From Octopus bimaculoides (taxonomy: Eukaryota): DNA of 63,134 bases. Location of the stretch: contig NC_068983.1 of NCBI RefSeq assembly GCF_001194135.2, positions 84,214,124-84,277,257 of the forward strand, written 5' to 3'. The notes beneath the pieces were generated by a model. That model was not told the DNA's origin. It searched no databases and was given only the letters and a program-made list of their open reading frames with translations. The position numbers were made by a program, and so were the translations under genes. Of this stretch, positions 39,995-50,850 are shown in pieces. Each line of letters starts with the position of its first letter. Positions within the stretch are counted from its first letter, which is position 1.

Positions 39995-40229
39995 TAAACA
40001 CTATCACCAGCTAGGATATAGCCAATAACTTCAAGCCATCTACTTATTTTATCAATTACAGAAGGCTACATAGGATTTAAACTGAGTATGTAAAGGAACA
40101 TAAACAAAATTAACAAAGTGTTTGTTCAATGCTTTACCAATTCTACCATCCACCAGGAACATATATATATATATATGTGGGGCGAGGTTGGAACCTTACA
40201 ACACAGTAGATACATATATACATATATTT

Positions 40230-40522
40230 AAAACAATTGCAGCGTCAAAGGTGTTTATAAGTCATTTAAAAACACACAAAAAAACCGTTATATTCACTTC
40301 AACATTTAAATTTAATTTACCAAAATATTTTCGTTGCTTTGAGACCACATCCTGATCACTGACAAAATTCCATGCTGTATCTCAATTTTGTCAGTGATCA
40401 GGTTGCAGTCTCAAAGCACCGAAAATATTTTGGTAAATTAAATTTAGATGTTGAAGTGATTCTAACGGTTTTTTGTGTGTTTTTAAATGGCTTATAAACA
40501 CCTTCCATGCTGCAATTGTTTT
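40230..40522. repeat. Long fold-back: about 140-bp arms, 14-nt loop
   Basis: 40230-40369 is the reverse complement of 40384-40522 with scattered mismatches. Loop ccatgctgtatctc. Confidence 0.92.
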
Positions 40523-40573
40523 GTTTCAGCACACGATCTCAGATCAGGTCACTTGCTATACAAGTACATCTCC

Positions 40574-40645
<72 letters not shown>

Positions 40646-40740
40646 TTAATAGTAATGGTAAGACAACACAAGAATGAAAGAGACCTCGATATTATGTAAA
40701 TAGAGGAATTTATTTGTAATATAATGTGACAATTATCCGG

Positions 40741-40815
40741 TTGCCATAATAAAACTCTGAGTTTCGAACGTCGGGACGGAAACCTGCACTGGCATCTCTT
40801 CGGTTATCGAGGCAA
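40741..40815 (-). ncRNA. Hammerhead ribozyme copy with U4-to-C core mutation (probably impaired)
   Basis: Inverted homolog of 41716-41790, same 75-nt length and same stem I and III, but the core reads CCGAAGA. Confidence 0.7.
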
Positions 40816-41715
40816 TTAAAAATATGCAATGAAAATGACCATTAAACAAAGGGAAATTACTATTTAAATGACCATTATTAAGACAAAACAGCTATTAGAA
40901 TGACCATTAAATAAGGGAAAAAACTGAAGGGGAGGAAGTAAAAAGTAAAGAAGTAAGAAAGCTCATAGCAATCGTGTGTGCGCGCATGTACATACATATA
41001 CATGCGCGCACGCATACCCACGTACATGTGCCTATATGCATATGTTCACTCAGACTCGCATGAAACACACACGCACACCCTCACATAAGTCAAATAGATG
41101 CACATATATATGCAACCATGCATGTACACGTATACAAATCCACACACATGTGCACAAATACAGACATACACATACCTATACGTGCAGTTATCAAATACAC
41201 ACATGCTCACACACACGTGCACATAACCATACGCACACAGTTATATTCAAATACACATGCACACACATACAAATCCACACACACGTGCACGCACACACAC
41301 ACACTTACACATACCTATACGCGCAGTTATCAAATACACACATGCGCTCACACACACACACACGTGCACATAACCATACACGCACAGTTTGTTCAAATGC
41401 ATGTCTAAAAAACATACATGCTATATATGCATATGCTCACATACACTCACATGGGCTCCCACGTACATATGCAACCATACACATGTGCATATACATGCAC
41501 ATATATACATACCCACCCAAACGCACACATGTGCACAAAAATTTCATATACACATCTATATATGCACAAGAAAATGCAGGGTGGAAGGTAAAATACAGGA
41601 AAAAAGTGTAAAAATATATAAAGCAATAAAAATATAGCTGTTTTGTCTTAATAACGGTCATTTACATAGTAATTTCCCTTTGTTTAACAGTCATTTTCAT
41701 AGCAAATTTTTTCAA

Positions 41716-41790
41716 TTGCCTCGATAACTGAAGAGGTGGCGGTGCAGGTTTCAACCCCGACATCCGAAACTCAGAGTTTTATTATGGCAA
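41716..41790 (+). ncRNA. Type I hammerhead ribozyme with intact core (Penelope-like repeat)
   Basis: CUGAAGA 41728-34, stem II hairpin 41735-65, GAAA 41766-69, stem III AC/GU around a near-palindromic ACUCAGAGU, GUU triplet 41776-78. Stem I GAUAA/UUAUU plus UUGCC/GGCAA. Confidence 0.8.
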
Positions 41791-42984
41791 CTGAATAACT
41801 GTCACATATTATATTACAAATAAATAAANNNNNNNNNNNNNNNNNNNNNNNNNNNNNNNNNNNNNNNNNNNNNNNNNNNNNNNNNNNNNNNNNNNNNNNN
41901 NNNNNNNNNNNNNNNNNNNNNTATATGTATATATATATATATACAGTTGAATGTTCTATTAAGGTAGGCTCAACAAAAATATTACTCCATCCAGTGAGAG
42001 ATAAACATAATTTAAATGATATTAAATGACATATATACATTATTTTTTTTTAAATCTCAGTAATGATTTCAAGAGTCAAGAATAAAGTATGTAAGACAGG
42101 CATAAACAAAAATATTCTTAACTGAAATCAACAAAGTAAAATATAGTTTTATTTTGTAATACAGAATACACTGCATACATTCAAACACAGATGTACACAG
42201 ACATAGTTGGAATGCTGTATCACAAACAGGTATACTTAATTGTAATCTCAGGCATATTTCTATACAGGCTCATATATAAAAAGCCATATATATATACATA
42301 AATTTATGTATAGTTGCATAAATATACATATCAATTCATAAAAAAAAATCCAATGGCATATATACCTACTTGCATCATAACTACACACAGACATATTCTC
42401 ATTTAAGCTTACCAAGTCATATCCATTTAGAAATATATCTAAATACACACAATATACATCCTCAGACATTGAGGACATGGAGATGATGTGACTTTCAATC
42501 ATACACAAGTACGTATGCTCTTATAGACAGCACCAAACACAACCCATGCACACAATTGACATCATACATCGCTAGAAACATATAAGTAGAAACATCACAC
42601 TGATCAGATCAGAGAGCCACAACCATTCACATCACATGCACATAGCCTGCAGCATAAACACAAAGAACAAAAAATCACACCATATTACACATCTTATACG
42701 CCACACAGCTCCATGTCACACACTGCCCTGCACTACACATCACATATCATATCACACAACACTACCCTAAACCAAATCACATACAATATAGCTGCATGCT
42801 ACATCCACCTATCCTACTATGCTTTACTACACAAATCCTTGCACATTAGCATACTACACATAAGACTACACTGCACAACACATCACACATGCACAGTGCT
42901 ACACATCCCCACTTCGGCATACTGTATTACATTACAGCTCACCACACCACAACCATCCAAGAACAACTACAAGAAATCTCTGAC

Positions 42985-43531
42985 CTGTGTGTATGCGATG
43001 GTGCTGCTGTAGATGACAGAGTTGTTTGAAAGATTTATCACAATAGCTACAGTGGTATTTGCGTGCACCAGTGTGTACAAGATTATGCTGAATTAACTGT
43101 TGCTTGCTCTTAAAACCTTTAAAGCATGTTGGACAGGGAAATTTACGATATAGCTTGTCAAGATTCTGTTCTCCTCCTTCTCCAACTGTTTGCTCTCCAG
43201 GGTTCATGGATACAGGGTTATTTGCATCAGATGTTAGCGACATAGTAGCAGACTGGTTCCCAGATGTCATTGATGTTGCTGTTGAGGGTGTAACAAGTGT
43301 AGAACATGCAAATTTGCGATAGATTTTATCAATGTTGTTTCCATCCATATTCATATGTCTTGTTTCATTTGGCATGTTTGACCTCATGTTCATTGATGTA
43401 TGGTTTGCACTTCCAGGAGCCATCGGCACATGAGTTCCAACTCCAGGAGTCATTGAAGATAACACGGAGCGGGATGAGGAATTAGTTCGATTTTGTTGGC
43501 CCCCTTGAGAGTGGCACTCAGATTCTGCCAT
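42985..43531 (-). CDS. Coding exon 1 of C2H2 zinc-finger transcription factor (rotund/squeeze/lin-29/ZNF384-like); encodes ZF1 and ZF2
   Basis: ORF MAESECH... contains CPTCFKGFKSKQQLIQHNLVH and TGARKYHCSYCDKSFKQLCHLQQHHRIHTG. Acceptor ttttattattgcag ends at 43547, followed by an in-frame TGA 15 nt before the ATG, so 43531 is the start. Phase-1 donor G|gtcaga at 42985/42984. Confidence 0.92.
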
Positions 43532-43544
43532 TCCTCCAGAACAT
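43518..43544 (-). promoter_or_regulatory. Out-of-frame upstream ORF (MFWRNGRI*) overlapping the main start codon
   Basis: ATG at 43544, 13 nt upstream of the main ATG (43531) and inside the same exon. TGA at 43520-43518. Functional use is not shown. Confidence 0.45.
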
Positions 43545-44956
43545 CACTGCAATAATAAAATTTTAAAATGAAACACACTGCTTAACCAATAAAAAATCAT
43601 GCAAATTATTATTTAAAAAAAGCAAAAAATATTTAAAATATAATTATATATATATAAATATATATATACATATACACACACACACACACTTATAATCTTG
43701 TGGTTAAGAAGTTCATTTCTCTATTATGTGGTTTTGATTCCACTGTGCAGATCCTTGGGCAAGTGTATCTCTGCTGCAGATTAATCAAAGCCTTATGAAT
43801 AAAATTTAGGAGATGGAAACTGTGTATATCAGCACACACTGAACAAAAATAAAGAGGTAGTTAGTTTCAATTAGGGTATCACCTTTTACTTCAAGCACAG
43901 CTTGCCAATGATACAATAAGTATTAGACAAAGTACTGGGATTGATACAACCAACAAAAACCCTTGAAAATGTAGTGGATGTTGCCAAGAATAAACACTTA
44001 AACATGAAATAAATGTACTTATTCTTCAATGAGATAAACTGAGTACTGTATCTTTACTAAGAGTTTTAAAGTAATTGTATCCACTATAAAAAATACTATT
44101 TTTGTCATCTATCATAGTATAATAACTTTGATAAAAGTCAAAATATGTTTTTGGGCAAAAATAAGCTAAAGGCAAAGATAGTCAGCTAATCATTTCTCAA
44201 TTCTTGACAATGACATGTCTGGATTCAGTTGCTGAAAAAATGAGTTTTAAATTGAAATGAAACTCTATTTTTACAAGCAGTGTTATTCACTATTTCTTTC
44301 CACATCTCATGTCTTCCTCTCAATACAAAAATGTATTTCCATCCAACTCATTTCTGATTCACAATATTTTATACAGAATAGTGTCTTCTCATGATTTAAC
44401 AGAATTATGCCTACCACTTTTGGGTGCCTATTTTTCATGGCTCTGGCTCTGGCAAAACAAGATCACTTGATAGAGTAGAGTAACAGTACTGAGGGAGGTG
44501 GTTTTGTCACCTGACACCATGCTTGCACATGGCATGAATAGCTCTGACCAGCCATTCATGTGATCCTAGATTCTGCAGCAACCACCAGATTAGGGAGCAA
44601 GGAAAGTAGTTCAATTTTCTCTAAGTTAACCATTATAATTCTGTTATTTATAAACATTTCTCAGCTAATTCAGTTAGTTTCAAGGAGGTTGTAAATGATT
44701 AGGTCATCTTCTTAACACAAGCCCATAGCATATTTCCAGTTGGGAGGATGAAAGAAAACTGAATAGTATTGTATATGTTTCAGGATACAATTTCATAGGT
44801 CATGCTCAGAAGAGAATTAATAATCACATAAGAACTAAGCATTTTGTTGCTTTTAATTTGAAAGATAACATTGTGCAGCAGCTTCTGATAGTACAGCTCA
44901 TGGACAACCAGCATCTTGTAAGTAAATGTGGTAGATCAAACTTTGCAGAAGCCCAC

Positions 44957-44991
<35 letters not shown>

Positions 44992-44997
44992 TATATT

Positions 44998-45035
<38 letters not shown>

Positions 45036-45759
45036 ATATACGTATGTGTGTGTATGTGCATCATGTTTGTCTCTCGTTACTTGACAAATGGTGTTGGTTT
45101 GTTTACATCCCCACAAGTTAGTGATTCAACAGAAAAAAGAAAGAGAGGGACTGATAGAATAAGTACCAAACTTGAAATAAGTAGTGGAATCGATTTTATT
45201 GACTAAACTCTTCAAACTTGTGCCCCAGCAAGGCCACAGTCTAATGACTACAAAAAGTAAAAGAGTAAAATAATAAAAGAATTCAAACCTAAAAGTTAAT
45301 GTCTTCAGGTCATACAGTATATGTATATACAATACGCCATCTGTTGCTGGTACAGATGATGTAGAATAATGCTTAACAACTTTATATATAATGCATCATA
45401 AGTAAATTTGCCCTGTTATATAATAGACAAACTAAGTTCATTTGTACTAAAAACTTATTTTACTTGGTATTTTTGTTCTATGTGGTCTAATCTAAGCACT
45501 TTAATTAAGTCGTTAATTTTAAAATCACTATTTGAATAGCTTTATTAAAGTGTGCCTTGAAACAACTGAAATATGATGCCTGTACACTATATTGCACAAT
45601 GAGTGCATTATGCAGCTAATGCAAACAAATACAAAACCCAGATCAGTCACTCAACATTCCATACAAATGCAGTTTGGATGTTTTCTGCAATTACTATTAC
45701 AGAACATTCATATTTGCTAGGCCTGGTCATGTAGTGTGAACAGTATCCCCCAGCTGTGA

Positions 45760-46680
45760 TCATCATCATCATCATCATCATCGTTTAACGTCCACCTTCC
45801 ATGCTAGCATGGGTTGGACGATTTGACTGAGGACTGGTGAAACCGGATGGCAACACCAGGCTCCAATCTAATTTGGCAGAGTTTCTACAGCTGGATGCCC
45901 TTCCTAACGCCAACCACTCAGAGAGTGTAGTGGGTGCTTTTACGAGTCACCCACACGAAAACGGCCACGCTCGAAATGGTGTCTTTTATGTGCCACCCGC
46001 ACAAGAGCCAGTCCAGGGGCACTGGCAACAATCTCGCTCGAAAAACCTCATGTGTCACCCGCACATNNNNNNNNNNNNNNNNNNNNNNNNNNNNNNNNNN
46101 NNNNNNNNNNNNNNNNNNNNNNNNNNNNNNNNNNNNNNNNNNNNNNNNNNNNNNNNNNNNNNNNNNNNNNNNNNNNNNNNNNNNNNNNNNNNNNNNNNNN
46201 NNNNNNNNNNNNNNNNNNNNNNNNNNNNNNNNNNNNNNNNNNNNNNNNNNNNNNNNNNNNNNNNNNNNNNNNNNNNNNNNNNNNNNNNNNNNNNNNNNNN
46301 NNNNNNNNNNNNNNNNNNNNNNNNNNNNNNNNNNNNNNNNNNNNNNNNNNNNNNNNNNNNNNNNNNNNNNNNNNNNNNNNNNNNNNNNNNNNNNNGTGGG
46401 TGCTTTTACGTGTCACCCGCACGAAGGCCAGTCAGGCGGTACTGGCAAAGGCCACGCTCATCTCGCTCGAGAAACCTCATGTGTCACCCGCACAAGAGCC
46501 AGCCCAGGGGCACCAGCAATGATCCCGCTCGAAAATCCCAGAACCCCACACAAGAGCCAGTTCAGAGGCACCGGCAACGATCTCGCTCGAAGAAATTTCA
46601 TGTGTCACCAGCACAAGAGCCAGTCCAGGGGCACTGGCAACAATCTCGCTCGAAAAACCTCATGTGTCACCCGCACATGA
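45760..46680 (-). mobile_element. Family B element with an expanded array of about 62-bp units (spans an N gap)
   Basis: (CAT)n end and body, followed by tandem gtgtcacccgcacaagagccagtccaggggcactggcaac...ctcgctcgaaaaacctcat units. Confidence 0.85.
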
Positions 46681-47125
46681 GGTTTTGAGCGAGTGATGTA
46701 GTCACTAAAACCAAAAACTATATCATAATTGTTCAGCATTTCTTACATCTTGAATGTAAACACAACCTTATACAAATAACTGAATAACACTGAAAATGTA
46801 ATGAAACAAATTCCTCCACATAGTAGGGGAGGGCGCTAGATAGATGGATAGATGGTATAATTGGTAGAACATCAGAGAGCATGCCTTGTGATATTTGTTT
46901 ATGCCCCTTACATTCTGAGTTCAAATCATGTAGAGATCAACTTTTCCAGTCATCCTTCCAGTGAAATACTACTTATACAGTACCCGGGTAATGGTAGGAT
47001 GGGGAAGCATAGTCAAGTACACTCCTGAAGGCAATATCCCCAGCATGGCCACAATCCAATGAAAGATTAAAAGAATATAAAAGTAATATAACTCAGCAAC
47101 AAATCTCATCATGATACATAAGCGC

Positions 47126-47730
47126 AGGAGTGGCTGTGTGGTAAGTAGCTTGCTTACCAACCACATGGTTCCAGGTTCAGTCCCACTGCGTGGCACCTTG
47201 GGCAAGTGTCTTCTACTATAGCCTCGGGCCGACCAAAGCCTTGTGAGTGGATTTGGTAGACGGAAACCGAAAGAAGCCCGCCGTATATATATANNNNNNN
47301 NNNNNNNNNNNNNNNNNNNNNNNNNNNNNNNNNNNNNNNNNNNNNNNNNNNNNNNNNNNNNNNNNNNNNNNNNNNNNNNNNNNNNNNNNNNNNNNNNNNN
47401 NNNNNNNNNNNNNNNNNNNNNNNNNNNNNNNNNNNNNNNNNNNNNNNNNNNNNNNNNNNNNNNNNNNNNNNNNNNNNNNNNNATATATATATTTATATAT
47501 GTATGTATGTATGTATGTATGTGTGTTTGTGTGTCTGTGTTTGTCCCCCCACCATCGCTTGACAACCGATGCTGGTGTGTTTTCGTCCCTGTAACTTAGC
47601 GGTTCGGCAAAAAGAGACCGATAGAATAAGTACTAGGTTTCCAAAGAATAAGTTCTGGGGTCGATTTTCTCGACTAAAGGCGGTGCTCCAGCATGGCCAC
47701 AGTCAAATGACTGAAACAAGTAAAAGAGTA
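47126..47730 (+). mobile_element. SINE family C, full length with central microsatellite/gap
   Basis: Head ggagtggctgtgtggtaagtagcttgc...ggttcagtcccactgcg. Tail ...gactgaaacaagtaaaagagtaa. Confidence 0.9.
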
Positions 47731-48806
47731 ATACAAGAAAGACATCATCAAATTATAGGAGCAGCTCTTTCCTCCCCTAAGATAAATTATCTTTGGGGTG
47801 GAAAAGGTCTGCTGTGATGGTTTGCAACCATATTTCAATGGCCCACCAAAGCAGCATCTTCAGCTTAAAAATGAAAGAGCATATTAATAACTGCATGGAT
47901 GAAGGTTTTTAGAAGACATTAATAAGCATGAGCAACCAGTGAAGAAGTGGGTTTTTGAATGCATATAACAGTTGTTTGGCAATGCTCTGTAAGATCAGTC
48001 TATGACATGTGCTTGGAGAATATGCAATTTGTCAATTATGTGAACACTTGGTATTCTAAGATACTTGTTGTCTTCCAAATGTAAAACATCAATAACTTGT
48101 AGAAAATCCAAGTTTCAATCTATAAAAAAAACTGCACAAACAATACCTGGAAGACATGGATTTTTGTGTAGAATTTGATCCCCTTTCAGAACCATAGGCT
48201 TTAGGCTTATATACATAACTATTTCATTCTTCAATGGGTTATTGATAACAAAGAATAGCCCAGTAAAACATATTTATCTACCAGAACATCAAACTGTTTC
48301 AGACCAGAAAGTCCAATTAAGGAAGAATGGGAGACTGCTGATCTGTTCCTAAAAAATACATTCTAAATGTTCAATATCACAAACAGAACATCTCTTGAAT
48401 AACAAAAGAAATTTACTTTACTTACTTACTTTACCATTATAAATCATTCAGAGTCAATAAAATAACTAACTAATAAATACTAGAACAGGCTTCACCTCTT
48501 CCTCAACAAAATATGACCTACTGATAGGCTAAACAAATTATATATGTATTATTATTATTATTATAAAACAAATTAATTATTATTATTATAGTGAGGACAA
48601 TGAATGGCTCAGTAGAGTACCAAATAGAATGCCTTATTATATTTAGTTATGTCCCTTTACATTCTGAACTCAAATGCAATGAGGTTGACTGTCATTCATC
48701 TTTCTAAGATCCATAAAATAATTACCAGCCAATTTAATCAACTGTACTTTCTCCAAAAATATCTGGTTTTGAGCTAATGTTAAATGCTACAAATTATTAT
48801 TATTAC

Positions 48807-48840
<34 letters not shown>

Positions 48841-48998
48841 GATATTGATAATTATCCTTTCTATTATAGACACAAGGCCTGAAATTTGGTGGTGGTTGGG
48901 AACCCTGGCAGAATTTGCACTCACAACGTAAAAACAGACAGAATGTTGCCTAAGCATTTTATCAAACATGCTAATGATTCTACCAGCTCACTGCCTTA

Positions 48999-49037
<39 letters not shown>

Positions 49038-49079
49038 TGGCTGATGCCAATGTCGCATAACTGGCCCATTTAAAAGTAC

Positions 49080-49470
49080 CCTTCAATCATCTGGCAATAT
49101 GCTGTGCTTGAGAAGACCTGTTGAGTCAAGTGAAATCATAGTCATGGCCGATGCCAGTGCCACCTGACTGGGACTTGTGCCGGTGGCACATAAAAAGCAC
49201 CATTCAAGCGTGGCTGATGCCAGTGATGCCTGACTGGCCCTTGTGCCAGTGACACATAAAAAGCACCATTCGAGCGTGGTCAATGCCAGTACTGCCTGAC
49301 TGAAAAAGCACGCACTACACTCTCAGAGTGGTTGGCATTAGGAAGGGCATCCAGCTGTAGAAACCTTGCCAGATCAGATTGGAGTCTGGTGCAGCCTTCT
49401 GGTTTGCCAGTCCTCAGTCAAACCATCCAACCCATGCTAGCATAGAAAGCAGACAGTAAACGATGATGAT
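49080..49470 (+). mobile_element. Family B element with about three tandem units
   Basis: Repeated gatgccagtg..cctgactgg..cttgtgcc.gtg.cacataaaaagcaccattc, then the conserved body and (GAT)n end. Confidence 0.8.
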
Positions 49471-50524
49471 GGTGATGATGTTACTATTATTATTATTTAA
49501 CTATTTCACAATACAAATATCTATTATATCATAAAATTTACCATTTTCTGCTTCAAGTGCATATAGCGTCTTTCACATTTTATTTATTCCTTTAGTATGT
49601 GTCCCTTTATGTCTCTTTAATTTTACTCTAGTCCTAGAGTTTTTCATATGTGTGCAGTAATATTTCATATAACAGTGCTGTTTTTGTATGTGACATAGGA
49701 TAATCTTAGTTTAGAATATATTTTATATAATTTTTATCAAACTTAGAGCTCCTAGCATTACTTGAATGTTATAAGTTTTCAATTTTATTTATTTCTAAGT
49801 ATTTTCTCCATTTATTTCCATCCTTCTCTACTAGACAATTACTCTCGACTCTCCAAGGTGTTGTCATATGTTAGGATTTAAACTTCTACAAACACATTTT
49901 TTTTTTATGTCTATGATCCTCAATATCTGGATCAATCAAATAACATAATGGTGATAAAATACTGGCATTAATACTGTGCCTAAGAAATATTCTGTGGCAA
50001 TACTATAGTACTATAGCAAACGAAAACTGATAAATAACGACAATGAAGTTTCAATTATCTAAACAATCATTTAATGATGGAAGAGTGAATAAACTTATTA
50101 AGGACATTGTACCCAATCAATTAGCAATCACTACCCAAAGACACTGACCAGATTTGGAAGGCTTAAAGAAATCTTTTAGATAACAGCCCAATCTTCTGCT
50201 TGGTAGCTATAAAAAATTTTGTATGATCACTGTGAAGCAGCTTCAGGTCAAGGACATGTCTAAGCAGCATAGAATATGATGAATGCACAATCAAAAGAAA
50301 ATTTGTTTTCAATAAATATAGCAAGTACTGAGCAATTTAAATAGTACTTTATTTACTTAGTATGTGGTTTTTATGGTTGCTTAACCCTTTAGCTTTTAAA
50401 CCAGCCATATCCAGCCAAAATATTCTCCTTGTTCTCTTTGTTTTATATTCAAATTGGCTCACACCAACCCTACAATGTTAGTCTAACAGTATAGTCACAT
50501 AATCTAAATCTCAAAGTTACAAGA

Positions 50525-50850
50525 TCATCATCATCGTTTAACATCCGCTTTCCATGCTAGTATGGGTTGGACAATTTGACTAAGGACTGGTGAACCAGGT
50601 GGCTACACCAGGCTCCAATCTGATTTGGCAGAGTTTCTACAGCTGGATGCCCTTCCTAACGCCAACCACTCCGAGAGTGTAGTGGGTGATTTTACGTGCC
50701 ACCGGCATGAAGGCCAGTCAGGCGGTACTGGCAACAGCCATGCTCGAAATGGTGTATTTTACGTGCCACCTGCACAGGAGCCAGTCCAGCGGCACTAGCA
50801 ATGATCTCACTCGAATGTAAATTCATGTGCCAATGGCACAAGTGCCAGGA
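50525..50850 (-). mobile_element. Family B element interrupting a piggyBac-like MITE
   Basis: catcatcgtttaacatccgctttccatgctag... The MITE starting at 50385 breaks off here. Confidence 0.8.

Larger units (their letters stand above)
40709..41826. repeat. Head-to-head inverted pair of about 190-bp hammerhead-bearing repeats around a CA-rich spacer
   Basis: Arm 40709-40895 is the reverse-complement homolog of 41634-41826. The right arm runs into an N gap. Confidence 0.85.

Noticed and set aside
40976-41611. 211-aa His/Thr-rich ORF
   Set aside because: Degenerate CA-rich repeat; composition is explained by the microsatellite.
42932-42984. Read-through tail QRFLVVVLGWLWCGEL of the 199-aa ORF
   Set aside because: It lies past the phase-1 donor; splicing to 37815 restores the canonical TGEKPY linker.
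45825-45850. CUGAGGA-CUGGU-GAAAC in family B elements
   Set aside because: The 5 nt between the core halves cannot form stem II, and there is no cleavage triplet in register.
45960-46680. Tandem 62-bp units as a possible CRISPR array
   Set aside because: Units are contiguous and mutually homologous with no unique spacers, in a eukaryotic context with no cas genes.
45837-46688. 283/248-aa ORFs with repeated motifs
   Set aside because: They span an N gap and translate the 62-bp tandem units of a SINE-like element.
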